Origin: Patescibacteria group bacterium
GTDB lineage: Bacteria; Patescibacteriota; JABMPQ01; JAQVVF01
Assembly: GCA_028699085.1 (NCBI GenBank)
Contig: JAQVVF010000004.1
Coordinates: forward strand, 2,143-66,142
DNA: 64,000 bases
Reading direction: 5' to 3'
The notes below the pieces were generated by a model. The model was not told the DNA's origin, searched no databases, and saw only the letters and a list, made by a program, of their open reading frames with translations. The position numbers and the translations under genes are program-made. This document shows, one piece after another, positions 10,251 through 20,858 of this stretch. The stretch's first letter is position 1. Every line of letters starts with the position of its first letter.

Positions 10251-11849
10251 ATGCCAAATTTTTTACAGCCAAAATTAATTTTAAAAATTACAGCAGTCTG
10301 CATTTTGTTTTACATTCTTTCTTTCCTTGCATACTTATTTCCAATCCTCAACAGCATAATTTTTTGGGTTATTATCATTGGCACTTTTGCGCTTGCAATA
10401 AAAAAGTTAGAATATGGTGTTTTTATCGTTCTTACGGAATTATTTATAGGAGCAAAAGGGTATCTATTTTCATTTGATTTTGGCGGCAGATTTGTTTTAT
10501 CAATTAGAATTGCTCTCTTTGCAATGGTTTTCTTAATCTGGTTAATCAAAAAAGCTAAAACATTTGAAGCTGGAAAATATAACTTTTTATATTCAAAATT
10601 TTTCATTCCTTTTTCAGTTTTAACAATTTTCATCTTAATCGGTTTTTCAACTGGATTAGTTAACGGTAATTATGCAAAAAATATATTTTTTGATGCAAAT
10701 GGATATTTTTATTTAGCTTTTATTTTTCCAATTTTTGATATTATTCATAACAAACTAAAAGTCAGAAAACTAATTCAATATTTAGTTGCCGGTAGTATAG
10801 CAATCTCAATTCTAACTTTTTATGTTTCGATTGGATTCACTATAATGCACCAAGAGGCAAGACCAGGCATGGCAGGAGCAAAATCAACAGAACAAACATT
10901 AGAATCAGAAGAAGCTGGCGAGTTTATGATCTCGCATTCCATTTTCGCTAAAGAAGAATTATTATCACGCGCTTTTTTTAGAAATCTAGATACTCCAAAA
11001 CCATACATTTATCGCTGGACACAAGATACTGGCATGGGCGAAATATCATATTTGACCGGACCATTTTTCCGTTTCTTTTCAGCAGGACAGCTCTATTCAG
11101 CTTTAGCTTTTATATTCTTGCTAGCTAAATTTCTGCAAAACAAGAAAATTGAGCTTAAAAACAATATTTTTCAACTTATAGTTGCAGCATTTTGTGGCTC
11201 TGCAGTAATTACTGGTTTTTCGAGAAGCTTATGGATTGGCGTAGTTTTCGCTTTAATATTTCTGCTCTTCAATATTTCAAAGAAAAGAGCACTAAAAATT
11301 GCACTTTATGGCATCGGCATTATATCTATAATAATCATAATTTTTGGAACGTTGTTGCCACAAGTTTATGATTTAGTAGGGAATAGGGTCGGAAGTATTT
11401 TTCAACCAAAAACAGAAGCAGCAGCCTCAAACCGCTACAATGTCTTAACTCCAGCTTTCGAAAAAATCAAACAACATCCAATCCTTGGATCAGGATTTGG
11501 AACAACAATTGAGTACACAAGCGTTGCTTTTGAAAAATATGGTACTGTCCGAGTATTCTCATTTGAATGGGCCTATCTTGATACTATAATTGAAATTGGA
11601 ATTTTAGGACTACTAGCTTACATTTGGTTTCTATATTCTATCTTTAAAGACGGTTACAAAACAAAAGAACCAGAAAACAAAAAACTAGTTATTTGTTTTT
11701 TAGCCGGAATTGTTTTAATATTATTTACTAATATCACAACTCCGTTTTTAAACCATCCGCTTGGAATTGGCTTTGTCCTAATCACTGCAGCAACAATTTT
11801 CGCTCTAGAAAAAATAAAAGGACAAACAATTTTAAATTTAAAATCATAA
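10251..11849 (+). CDS. O-antigen ligase/Wzy_C family membrane protein
   Basis: SRSLWIG, 'R........I.QHPILGSGFG', YLDTIIEIGILG; about 12 TMs; ATG at 10251 preferred over the upstream TTG. Confidence 0.8.
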   Translation: MPNFLQPKLILKITAVCILFYILSFLAYLFPILNSIIFWVIIIGTFALAIKKLEYGVFIVLTELFIGAKGYLFSFDFGGRFVLSIRIALFAMVFLIWLIKKAKTFEAGKYNFLYSKFFIPFSVLTIFILIGFSTGLVNGNYAKNIFFDANGYFYLAFIFPIFDIIHNKLKVRKLIQYLVAGSIAISILTFYVSIGFTIMHQEARPGMAGAKSTEQTLESEEAGEFMISHSIFAKEELLSRAFFRNLDTPKPYIYRWTQDTGMGEISYLTGPFFRFFSAGQLYSALAFIFLLAKFLQNKKIELKNNIFQLIVAAFCGSAVITGFSRSLWIGVVFALIFLLFNISKKRALKIALYGIGIISIIIIIFGTLLPQVYDLVGNRVGSIFQPKTEAAASNRYNVLTPAFEKIKQHPILGSGFGTTIEYTSVAFEKYGTVRVFSFEWAYLDTIIEIGILGLLAYIWFLYSIFKDGYKTKEPENKKLVICFLAGIVLILFTNITTPFLNHPLGIGFVLITAATIFALEKIKGQTILNLKS

Positions 11850-11868
11850 ATAACTTAATCTATTCAAA

Positions 11869-12429
11869 ATGATCTTATCTGACAAAGATATTAAAAGAGC
11901 ACTTCTCAATCGAGACATCACAATCACGCCATTCAACAAAAAATACATTCAGCCCGCATCAATTGATTTGCACATTGATAAACATTTTCTTGTCTATAAC
12001 ACAAATAAAAACTACGTCATTGACCCTAAAAAACCAATTGATATGATGATGGAGAAGATTACTATAGATAAAAACAAGCCTTTTGTTCTTCATCCTGGAG
12101 AATTCGCTTTAGGCTTAATTTATGAGACTACTGGCGTTTCTTCATCATATGTTGGCAGATTAGAAGGGAAAAGCTCAGTTGGCAGAATGGGACTGCTAAT
12201 TCATGTTACAGCTGGTTTTTTAGATCCAGGCAATTCACTAAAAATGACATTGGAACTTCATAATACTGCTAATCTTCCAATTTTGATTTATTATAAAATG
12301 CCAATTGCCCAAATGGCTTTCGAAAAAATTTCATCGCCATGCGAAAATCCTTATTCTAAAAAAAGAAATAATAAATATGTCGGAGATATTATGCCAATAG
12401 CTAGTCAAATGTGGAAGAACTTTGCATAA
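11869..12429 (+). CDS. dcd: dCTP deaminase
   Basis: MILSDKDI, QPASIDL, LEGKSS.GR.GL..H.TAGFLDPG, LEL. Confidence 0.93.
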   Translation: MILSDKDIKRALLNRDITITPFNKKYIQPASIDLHIDKHFLVYNTNKNYVIDPKKPIDMMMEKITIDKNKPFVLHPGEFALGLIYETTGVSSSYVGRLEGKSSVGRMGLLIHVTAGFLDPGNSLKMTLELHNTANLPILIYYKMPIAQMAFEKISSPCENPYSKKRNNKYVGDIMPIASQMWKNFA

Positions 12430-12436
12430 TAAATAT

Positions 12437-13444
12437 ATGACAGTTACAATCTCTCTTCTAAATTATAATAAAAAAAAATATCTAACTTATTGTTTAGATT
12501 CTATTTTAGAACAATCATATCAAGACATTGAAATATTTTTTGTTGACAATAATTCCACTGACAATTCATTTGAGTATCTAAAAAGTTATGCAGAACACAA
12601 ATATCCTTTATCAAAAATAAGATTTATCAGAAATCAAAAAAATTTAGGCTATTCAAAAGCTCATAATGAAGTCATAAAACAATCTAACGGAAAATTTGTA
12701 TTATGTTTGAATCCTGACATCATATTAGATAAAGATTATATAAAAAATTGCCTAGAAATCTTAAATCAAAATCCCAAAATTGGCGCGATTACTGGTAAAC
12801 TTTTTAAATGGAAATTCAGTCAAAACAAACAAACCAATATTATTGATTCCTGCGGACATAGAATTTTAAAAACCCATCGTATTACTGAATGGGGCAGTAA
12901 TCAAAAAAATTCGCAGGAATTTGAAACAATTAAAAAAATATTTAGTGTTTCCGGAGCTGCTCCAATATACCGTAAAGAAGCACTAGAGAACATTAAATAT
13001 AATAATGAATATTTCGATGAATCATTTTTTGCGTACAAAGAAGATATCGATTTATCATGGCGCTTACTTCATGCTGGCTGGGAAATTTGGTTTGATCATA
13101 AATCACATGCTTGGCATGATCGCTGGGAAACAGGCACAGAAAATTCTACTTTAAAAGTTATAAAACAAAGAAATAAAAAAACAGATTTTATCAACAAGTT
13201 ATCGTACCGAAATCATTTGCTTTTATTATATAAAAACGAATTCGCAAGTAATTTTCTAATTTACTTTCCTTGGATCTTCTTTTACGAACTTGGAAAATTT
13301 TTTTATACATTATTCCATGAACCAAAAAATCTCTCCGCTATCATTGATTTATTTAAACTTTGCAAATTGACCAAAGCAAAAAGAAATGCTATAATAAAAA
13401 ATAGCAAGATCAAGCCAAAAGATATCAGAAAATATATTCATTAG
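12437..13444 (+). CDS. Glycosyltransferase family 2
   Basis: VDNNSTDNS, NLGYSKAHN, LNPD, FFAYKEDIDLSWR. Confidence 0.9.
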   Translation: MTVTISLLNYNKKKYLTYCLDSILEQSYQDIEIFFVDNNSTDNSFEYLKSYAEHKYPLSKIRFIRNQKNLGYSKAHNEVIKQSNGKFVLCLNPDIILDKDYIKNCLEILNQNPKIGAITGKLFKWKFSQNKQTNIIDSCGHRILKTHRITEWGSNQKNSQEFETIKKIFSVSGAAPIYRKEALENIKYNNEYFDESFFAYKEDIDLSWRLLHAGWEIWFDHKSHAWHDRWETGTENSTLKVIKQRNKKTDFINKLSYRNHLLLLYKNEFASNFLIYFPWIFFYELGKFFYTLFHEPKNLSAIIDLFKLCKLTKAKRNAIIKNSKIKPKDIRKYIH

Positions 13445-13498
13445 CTGCTAAATTCACATATTCGTGGATTAGTATTATTTGTATATTCGTTTATCTCT

Positions 13499-14362
13499 AT
13501 GCAACAAACAAAAGACCTATCAATAATAATTATAAATTACAAAACGCCATCGCATTTAAAGCAATGCATCAAATCTATAAAAAAGCATGCTCCAAAAATG
13601 GATTATGAAATTATTGTTGTCGATAATAATTCTCAAGATATAACTGTCCAGATGATCGAAGACGATTTTATGTATAATTATAAAAATCAAAAAATCAGCA
13701 ATGTTGAATTGATTGCCAATGATAAAAATTTAGGTTTTCCAAAAGCTGTCAATCAAGGAGTAAAAATGGCAAAAGGAAGATATATTTTGTTACTAAATCC
13801 TGATATCACTATTCTAGAAAACGCCCTTGAAAAAATGATAGCGTATTTAGAACAACATCAAGATGTTGCCGTTCTTGGACCCAAACTCATTAATCCGAAT
13901 GGATCAATCCAGCTTTCTTGTTTCAATAAATTTACATCTCCGGAATTAGTTTTATATCGAAGAACATTATTTGGAAAATTGAATCGAGCTAGAAAAATGC
14001 TTGATGATTTTACAATGAAATCATGGGATCATTTATCAGAAAAAGATGTCGCCTGGATTTTAGGTTCTTGTATGTTAATCAGTAAAAAGGCGATTGATAA
14101 AGTAGGAATTATGGACGAAAGATTTTTTATGTATATGGAAGATGTTGATTGGTGTAGAAGATTTTGGAAAGCAGGCTACAAAGTCAGATATTATCCAAAT
14201 GTAAAAATGGTTCATTATTATGCCAGAGCATCATCATCAGAATCAGGATTAGTAAAAGCAATGCTAAAAAAACAAACTCGAACTCACATCACGTCAGCCT
14301 TAAAATTTTTTCTAAAATATTTTGGACAAAAAGATGAACAATATCAAGCAGCCAGCAAATAA
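13499..14362 (+). CDS. Glycosyltransferase family 2 (WbbL-like)
   Basis: VDNNSQD, NLGFPKAVNQG, LLNPD, FFMYMEDVDWCRR. Confidence 0.9.
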   Translation: MQQTKDLSIIIINYKTPSHLKQCIKSIKKHAPKMDYEIIVVDNNSQDITVQMIEDDFMYNYKNQKISNVELIANDKNLGFPKAVNQGVKMAKGRYILLLNPDITILENALEKMIAYLEQHQDVAVLGPKLINPNGSIQLSCFNKFTSPELVLYRRTLFGKLNRARKMLDDFTMKSWDHLSEKDVAWILGSCMLISKKAIDKVGIMDERFFMYMEDVDWCRRFWKAGYKVRYYPNVKMVHYYARASSSESGLVKAMLKKQTRTHITSALKFFLKYFGQKDEQYQAASK

Positions 14363-16256
14363 CGAAATAATAAAAAACAAAATAAAACCAGCTCACATTG
14401 TTCTCGGAATTATTGGTTTATTTATTTTGCTAATTCTTGGCAGTATCTATCCAAGCTTAAGTGCTTACAAATCAGCAATGCAAGGAAAAAATGATCTCAT
14501 GGACGCAGAAAAAGCTGTCAAAGATCAAAATTTTGCCCAAGCTGCAACAACATTAAAGAAATCAAGCGACAATTTCAGAAGGGCAAAAAACAATATGTAT
14601 TTTTTGGTTTGGTTAAAAATAATTCCTTATGTCGGAATTCAATACAGCGCAGCCGAACATCTTGTCAAAGCAGCATATAATATTACATCGGGACTTCAAG
14701 AAACAACCTTGTCTATCGAAAATATTATAAAACCACTTCAAGCAGAAAACGTAAAATCTGTTCGAGGAGTATCAGAAAATCAAAAAGCTGAAATTATTAA
14801 AAATATTTACAATGCATCACCAAATTTTGCCGAAAGCTCGAGCAAAATAAAAATGGCTGAAATTGAAATCAATCGCATTCCAACATTTTTAACATTACAA
14901 AAAATTACAGATATAAAAAATCAAGTTAATCAATATTTACCGATGATTAATGAAGTCATGGAACAAGTAGCTCAAGGCTCAAAACTGTTACCAGAAGCTT
15001 TAGGCTATCCAAATGAGCAAACTTATCTGTTTTTACTAGAAAATAATTCTGAATTGCGTCCAGGCGGAGGATTTATTGGAACTTATGGCATAATAAAAAT
15101 TAAAGATGGCGAATTAACAAAATTAAAAACTGATAATGTTTACAATTTAGACTATCCATCGAAAATTCAGGTGACTGCCCCATGGCAATTTGCAAAATAT
15201 GTTGATCCAAAAATTAAGTCCTGGTATCTTCGAGATTCTAACTGGTCACCTGATTTTCCAACGAATGCCGAAAAAGCAATTTGGTTTTATAAACAAGAAG
15301 GCGGAGAAGAAAAAAATATAGATGGAGTAGTTGCAATTACTCCGACTTTTATTGAATATCTGCTAGAAGTTATTGGACCAATCAAAGCCAGAGATGATAA
15401 ATTCACATCTGAAAATATTACCGAAAAAATTCAACAATATACAACTGGAGCATACGAAGGCAAAGTTGTAATTCTAGAACAAAAAACCAGAAAAGGAATA
15501 ATAGGCGATCTCTCTAAATCATTGCTTGGAAAAATATTTTTATTAAAAAAAGACAAATGGCCAGAAATGCTAAAGGCAGTTCAAAAAGGCTTTCAAGACA
15601 AACAAGCGCTTGTTTATTTTGCTGACAAGAATAAAGAAAAAATGCTTGAAAAAAATGGTTTAGCTGGATCAGTTAACCAAGACACTAAAAACAGCGACTA
15701 TTTGATGGTTGTTGATTCGAATATGGCAAGTTTAAAAACTGATCCTTATATGGATCGCACTATTGAATATATAGTTGAACCAAATGGACAAGCAAAAGTT
15801 GCCATTACCTATACAAATAATGCTGTTCCAGCACTTTTAGCAACAAGATATCGATCCTGGACCAGAATCTATGTTCCAAAAGGAAGTGAATTTATAAGCG
15901 TTGAAAATAATGAAAAAGGTCTCGATCTCTATAATTCTGAACAAAGCTATGAAATATCAGAAGATTTAAACAAATCAGTTTTTGGCACATTTATTAACAT
16001 CGAAACTCAAGAAACAAAAACAATTACATACAATTATATTTTACCAAAATATGTAAGAGATCAAGTCAAAAAGAAAGAGTACAAAATAATTGTTCAAAAA
16101 CAAGCTGGTGTCACTGACCAAGATTTAATAATAAATTATAACTCTAACGAACAAATTAATAATATTTCACCTGAAAACCTAGGAGAAATCAAAAATAATA
16201 AAGCAGTCTTTAAAACAAAGTTGCAAAGCGATAAAGAATTTACAATTAACTATTAA
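14334..16256 (+). CDS. DUF4012 domain membrane-anchored protein
   Basis: N-terminal TM; YLFLLENNSELRPGGGFIG, RDSNWSPDFP, DGVVAI, RIYVPKGS. Confidence 0.85.
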   Translation: MNNIKQPANNEIIKNKIKPAHIVLGIIGLFILLILGSIYPSLSAYKSAMQGKNDLMDAEKAVKDQNFAQAATTLKKSSDNFRRAKNNMYFLVWLKIIPYVGIQYSAAEHLVKAAYNITSGLQETTLSIENIIKPLQAENVKSVRGVSENQKAEIIKNIYNASPNFAESSSKIKMAEIEINRIPTFLTLQKITDIKNQVNQYLPMINEVMEQVAQGSKLLPEALGYPNEQTYLFLLENNSELRPGGGFIGTYGIIKIKDGELTKLKTDNVYNLDYPSKIQVTAPWQFAKYVDPKIKSWYLRDSNWSPDFPTNAEKAIWFYKQEGGEEKNIDGVVAITPTFIEYLLEVIGPIKARDDKFTSENITEKIQQYTTGAYEGKVVILEQKTRKGIIGDLSKSLLGKIFLLKKDKWPEMLKAVQKGFQDKQALVYFADKNKEKMLEKNGLAGSVNQDTKNSDYLMVVDSNMASLKTDPYMDRTIEYIVEPNGQAKVAITYTNNAVPALLATRYRSWTRIYVPKGSEFISVENNEKGLDLYNSEQSYEISEDLNKSVFGTFINIETQETKTITYNYILPKYVRDQVKKKEYKIIVQKQAGVTDQDLIINYNSNEQINNISPENLGEIKNNKAVFKTKLQSDKEFTINY

Positions 16257-16274
16257 TTTTTTAACTATCAAAAA

Positions 16275-17501
16275 GTGTACAACAGACCACCTCAAAAAAA
16301 TAAAACTCTTCGAACTTACTTAATTTTAGTTGCCATTTTAACCAGTTTTACAATTGGTTTATTTACTGGCAGAAGTAAAGCAGTCACTCAAAACACTGCG
16401 CGTCAAATTAATCAAGTAGAAAATAAATATACCAAACAAACTGATAGCAAAGTTGATTTTGCAATATTTTGGGATGTTTGGGATCTACTTCAACAAAAAT
16501 TTATTCATCAACCACTTGATTGTAAAAAAATGGTTTACGGCGCAATCTCAGGCATGGTTAAATCATTAGAAGATCCTTATACTGCGTTTCTAAATCCAGA
16601 AGAGTCAAAAGAATTCTTGGATGAAATTGAAGGGAATTTGGAAGGTATTGGCGCTGAGTTAGGTATGAAAAATGAAGCTTTAACAATCATTTCGCCACTT
16701 TCAGATTCACCAGCAGAAAAAGCAGGTTTAAAACCAAACGATATTATCTTAAAAATCAATGATGAAGATACAGCTGACATGAATTTACTAGAAGCTGTTT
16801 CAAAAATCAGAGGCAAGGAAGGAACTCAAGTAAAATTAACTATTTACCATGATGGAGATAAAGATTCCAAAGAAGTTACATTGACTAGACAGAAAATTAC
16901 AATTAAAAGTGTTGAATGGGCATTGAAAAGCAATAATATAGCTTATCTAAAATTGGGATATTTTGGAAAAGATACAGCATCTGAATTCCAAAATGCTGTT
17001 AACCAAATTTTGCCACAAAATCCAAAAGGAATTATCTTAGATTTAAGGAATAATTCTGGCGGATATCTAGATAGCTCGATCGACATCATTAATTTTTTTA
17101 TTCCAAAAGGAAAAGTTGCTGCTATCGAATCTTTCAGCGATGGTAAAAAAGAAGAATTTAAAACAAAATCAAATGCGCCATTTGAAAACATACCAGTTGT
17201 CGTATTAATGAACAGCGGCTCAGCTAGCGCCTCTGAAATAGTTGCTGGAGCATTAAGAGATTTGCGGCAAATCAAATTAATTGGCGAAAAATCATTCGGT
17301 AAAGGCACCGTTCAGCAGCTAGAAGACCTTAAGGATGGCTCAACAGTCAAAATTAGCATCGCCGAATGGTTAACTCCAAATGGTACTAGTATTAATGGCA
17401 AAGGATTGGAGCCTGACATTAATATTGAACTAACTGAAAAGGATTACAATGAGAACAAAGACCCTCAATTAGACAAAGCAATTGAAGAATTACTAAAATA
17501 A
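16275..17501 (+). CDS. ctpA: C-terminal processing protease, S41A family with PDZ domain
   Basis: GIGAE, PAEKAG, LDLRNNSGG, SASASEI, SFGKG; GTG start. Confidence 0.92.
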   Translation: MYNRPPQKNKTLRTYLILVAILTSFTIGLFTGRSKAVTQNTARQINQVENKYTKQTDSKVDFAIFWDVWDLLQQKFIHQPLDCKKMVYGAISGMVKSLEDPYTAFLNPEESKEFLDEIEGNLEGIGAELGMKNEALTIISPLSDSPAEKAGLKPNDIILKINDEDTADMNLLEAVSKIRGKEGTQVKLTIYHDGDKDSKEVTLTRQKITIKSVEWALKSNNIAYLKLGYFGKDTASEFQNAVNQILPQNPKGIILDLRNNSGGYLDSSIDIINFFIPKGKVAAIESFSDGKKEEFKTKSNAPFENIPVVVLMNSGSASASEIVAGALRDLRQIKLIGEKSFGKGTVQQLEDLKDGSTVKISIAEWLTPNGTSINGKGLEPDINIELTEKDYNENKDPQLDKAIEELLK

Positions 17502-17510
17502 CAGTTCATT

Positions 17511-17715
17511 ATGCTTAAAAAAATTAATTAAAAAACATCCAGACCTTCATTCTCTAATAACAGGAATCGCTTTGATTATTTTCTGGCGAGGAATCTGGAT
17601 GCTCATGGACATTTACATATTTCCAAATAATGAGACTTTAAGTGCTATCACATCAATTGCAATTGGACTCTTTATTTTATATATTAACGACAGAAGATTA
17701 AAAGAGCTTTGTTAA
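17511..17715 (+). pseudogene. Small two-TM membrane protein (FWRGIW..D.Y.FP type), frameshifted in an A7 tract; not in the ORF track
   Basis: ATG 17511 reads MLKKIN-stop; the +1 frame reads KKLIKKHPDLHSLITGIALIIFWRGIWMLMDIYIFPNNETLSAITSIAIGLFILYINDRRLKELC-stop (17715). Confidence 0.65.
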
Positions 17716-17721
17716 AAACAT

Positions 17722-17952
17722 ATGCGTAAATTTCATCAACAATTCAAGCCTGTAAGACAAGCAGGTAGACTATTTTTTAAGAAAGAAACACCATTTTTAT
17801 ACAAACTGATTCCTATTGGCGCGATTTTCTATATACTTTTCCCCCTTGATTTTATTACCGACGTAGTGCCAGTTTTAGGCCAGCTTGATGATATTGCCAT
17901 CCTGACCGGCTCAATTGGCATCTTTAATTCTCTTGCCAAAAACAAAAATTAA
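17722..17952 (+). CDS. YkvA/DUF1232 family small membrane protein
   Basis: YILFPLDFITDVVPVLGQLDD signature. Confidence 0.88.
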   Translation: MRKFHQQFKPVRQAGRLFFKKETPFLYKLIPIGAIFYILFPLDFITDVVPVLGQLDDIAILTGSIGIFNSLAKNKN

Positions 17953-17967
17953 GTATATTATAATATA

Positions 17968-18243
17968 ATGCTAAAAAGATTAGAGATTGCTATATCCGGT
18001 AAAGTCCAAGGCATTTTCTTTCGTCAATTTATTAAAGAAAATGCCGTGAATTTAAAACTTAACGGTTTTGTAGAAAATAAAGCAAATGGAACTGTAAAAG
18101 TTATAGCTGAAGGTGAGGAAGATAATCTACAAAAACTCATAGAATCTTGCAAGATCGGTCCAAAATTAGCTCGAATTGATGATCTCAAAATCAGTTGGTC
18201 GAAACCAACAAATGAATTCCAGGAATTTATTATAAAATATTAA
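17968..18243 (+). CDS. acyP: Acylphosphatase
   Basis: ISGKVQGIFFR, GFVEN..NGTV, GP.LA. Confidence 0.92.
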   Translation: MLKRLEIAISGKVQGIFFRQFIKENAVNLKLNGFVENKANGTVKVIAEGEEDNLQKLIESCKIGPKLARIDDLKISWSKPTNEFQEFIIKY

Positions 18244-18270
18244 ATCTTATAACTGTTAACTTATACCACA

Positions 18271-18717
18271 ATGAAAGTTGTACTAAAAAAGGATGTTGAA
18301 AAATTAGGCTTTGCAGGTGAAATAAAAGAAGTTACTTTAGGTTATGGTAAAAATTTTTTATTACCTCAAAAATTAGCTGTTTTAGCAACTGAAAAAGAAG
18401 TTCAAATTGCAAAACAGATGCAAGCTGAAATTAAGAAAAGAAAAGAAGAAGCTTTGAAACAAGCAAAAGAATTATCAGAAAAAATTAACAGCAAGGAAAT
18501 AAAAATTGCCTCCAAGGCTAACGAGGAAGGAATTTTGTTTGGCTCGATTACTGCAAAAGATATTTCAGAGAATATTAAAGAACAATTAAAATTAGATATC
18601 GACGAAAAAGTTGTAGCTCTAGCTTCTGCAATTAAAAACACAGGAGAATATGAAGTAAAATTAAAATTTGCTCCTGAAATTACAGCTGATATAAAAATTA
18701 TTGTAGTTAAAAAATAA
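18271..18717 (+). CDS. rplI: 50S ribosomal protein L9
   Basis: MKVVL..DV.KLG..GEIKEV..GYGKNFLLP; LFGSIT. Confidence 0.96.
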   Translation: MKVVLKKDVEKLGFAGEIKEVTLGYGKNFLLPQKLAVLATEKEVQIAKQMQAEIKKRKEEALKQAKELSEKINSKEIKIASKANEEGILFGSITAKDISENIKEQLKLDIDEKVVALASAIKNTGEYEVKLKFAPEITADIKIIVVKK

Positions 18718-18826
18718 AAGTTTATACAATTTCATTAATAAATTTAATAGGGCAGGGAAAATTTTCTGCCTTAATTAATTTTATATATAAATTTATCATA
18801 AAATAAAAATAATTTAACACTTATTC

Positions 18827-20455
18827 ATGCAACCAAAATACATCTTTATTACAGGAGGCGTAATTTCGTCATTAGGCAAAGGCATAACATCAGCATCAAT
18901 TGGAAAATTACTACAAGACCTAGGATTTAAAGTCGTAAATATTAAGTGCGAAATGTATGTCAATATTGATGCTGGAACAATTCGTCCAACAGAACATGGA
19001 GAAGTTTACGTTACAGAAGATGGCATGGAATGTGATCAGGATTTAGGAACATACGAAAGATTTTTAAATCAAGATATTACGAAAGAATGTTTTTTAACAA
19101 CTGGACAAATCTACCAAGAAGTCATCAGACGAGAACGTAATTTAGAATATGACGGAGAAGACGTAGAGGTTGTCCCACACGTTCCAAAAGAAATTATCAG
19201 AAGAATAAAAATAGCTACTGAAAAAAACAAAGCTGATTTTGCCATTGTGGAATTTGGCGGTACAGTCGGTGAATACCAGCAAGTTTTATTTCTCGAAGCA
19301 GATAGAATGATGAAGCATGAACTCAAAAAAGATATTCTCAACATTCACATTGCATATCTTCCAATTCCTCCAAGCGTTGGCGAAATGAAATCAAAACCAG
19401 CTCAATATTCTGTACGAACTTTATTCTCAGCAGGAATTGTTCCCGATATCTTTATTGGCAGATCAACAACATATATGGATCAACATCGTATGGAAGTATT
19501 ATCTCGAAATACAAATATTGCTTTAGAGAATATTTTTTCTAATCCAGATGTTAAATCAATTTATGAAGTCCCATTAATTTTAGCTAAACAAAAAGTCGCT
19601 GAATGTGTTTTGAATTTCTTTAACGTAAAACCAAGAAAAAGGGCAAGTCTTACAAATTGGAAAAAATTAGTAAAAATTATAAAAGAAACAAAAAAAGAAG
19701 TAAAAATTGGCATTGTAGGAAAATATTTTACCTCTGGAGATTTTTCTCAAGGAGATTCATATATTTCAGTTATAGAAGCAATAAAACATGCTTGCTGCGC
19801 AAACAATGTTACACCAATCATTAATTGGATTGATGCCGAAGCATTTGAAAAAAATCCTGAAAAAGTCATTGAACTTAAAGAGAATGACGGAATTATTGTC
19901 CCAGGCGGATACGGAAAAAGAGGAGTCGAAGGCAAAATTAATGCTGTAAAATTTGCTCGAGAAAATAAAATTCCATATTTAGGATTATGCTATGGATTGC
20001 AAATGGCTGTAATAGAATTTTCTAGAAACATTTGCAAAATTAAAGATGCAAACACAACAGAAAATGAACCAAATACCAAGAGCCCAGTAATTGATGTCAT
20101 GGAGGAGCAAAAAAAACTTCTCGCAAAAAAACAATATGGTGCTTCTAACAGATTAGGTGCCTATGAATGCAAAATTAAAAAAGATTCCAAAGCCTTCAAA
20201 GCATATGGCAAGGAAATTATCCAGGAACGCCATCGACATCGTTATGAAATAAACAATAAATATAAAGAAATTTTAGAAAAAAAAGGATTAAAGATTGTTG
20301 GAATAAATCCAAAATTAAATCTAGCTGAAATAATTGAACTTGATAATCATCCATGGTTTATCGGAACTCAATTCCATCCTGAATTTAAATCAAGACTAGA
20401 AAATCCACATCCACTTTTTGTCAATTTTATTAAAGCTGCAATTAAGAATAAATAG
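18827..20455 (+). CDS. pyrG: CTP synthase
   Basis: KYIFITGGVISSLGKG, EHGEVYVTEDG, GLCYG, ERHRHRYE, QFHPEF. Confidence 0.97.
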   Translation: MQPKYIFITGGVISSLGKGITSASIGKLLQDLGFKVVNIKCEMYVNIDAGTIRPTEHGEVYVTEDGMECDQDLGTYERFLNQDITKECFLTTGQIYQEVIRRERNLEYDGEDVEVVPHVPKEIIRRIKIATEKNKADFAIVEFGGTVGEYQQVLFLEADRMMKHELKKDILNIHIAYLPIPPSVGEMKSKPAQYSVRTLFSAGIVPDIFIGRSTTYMDQHRMEVLSRNTNIALENIFSNPDVKSIYEVPLILAKQKVAECVLNFFNVKPRKRASLTNWKKLVKIIKETKKEVKIGIVGKYFTSGDFSQGDSYISVIEAIKHACCANNVTPIINWIDAEAFEKNPEKVIELKENDGIIVPGGYGKRGVEGKINAVKFARENKIPYLGLCYGLQMAVIEFSRNICKIKDANTTENEPNTKSPVIDVMEEQKKLLAKKQYGASNRLGAYECKIKKDSKAFKAYGKEIIQERHRHRYEINNKYKEILEKKGLKIVGINPKLNLAEIIELDNHPWFIGTQFHPEFKSRLENPHPLFVNFIKAAIKNK

Positions 20456-20460
20456 ATACT

Positions 20461-20489
20461 AAAAAATCGCCTCGTCAGCGATTTTTTTT
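20461..20489. terminator. Bidirectional intrinsic terminator between pyrG and rpmA
   Basis: AAAAAATCGC-ctcgtca-GCGATTTTTT. Confidence 0.8.
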
Positions 20490-20510
20490 AATTTGATATA
20501 TCTCTAAAGA

Positions 20511-20783
20511 TTATTTAACATTTACAAAACAAGTCTTTTTTAAACGACCATTGAATTTTTTCGTCATCTTTGAATTAAATTCTACAATACCATCTTTCAT
20601 AGCAAAAATTGTATCATCACAACCTTGTTTAACATTTTTACCAGGATAGTACTTCGTACCTCGCTGTCTGACAATAATATTGCCAGGTTTTACTTTTTCA
20701 CCAGCAAATTTCTTAACACCAAGGCGTTGCGATTGAGAATCGCGGCCAAGTTGGGTACTTCCGCCAGCTTTACGATGTGCCAT
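20511..20783 (-). CDS. rpmA: 50S ribosomal protein L27
   Basis: [14 protein letters not shown]...[14 protein letters not shown]. Confidence 0.97.
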   Translation of the reverse strand: MAHRKAGGSTQLGRDSQSQRLGVKKFAGEKVKPGNIIVRQRGTKYYPGKNVKQGCDDTIFAMKDGIVEFNSKMTKKFNGRLKKTCFVNVK

Positions 20784-20858
20784 ATATTTACAATATTAAT
20801 GATTAGTATATATAATAGAATAGCATCTAAAAAATAAAATGTCAATAAAACAAAAACA

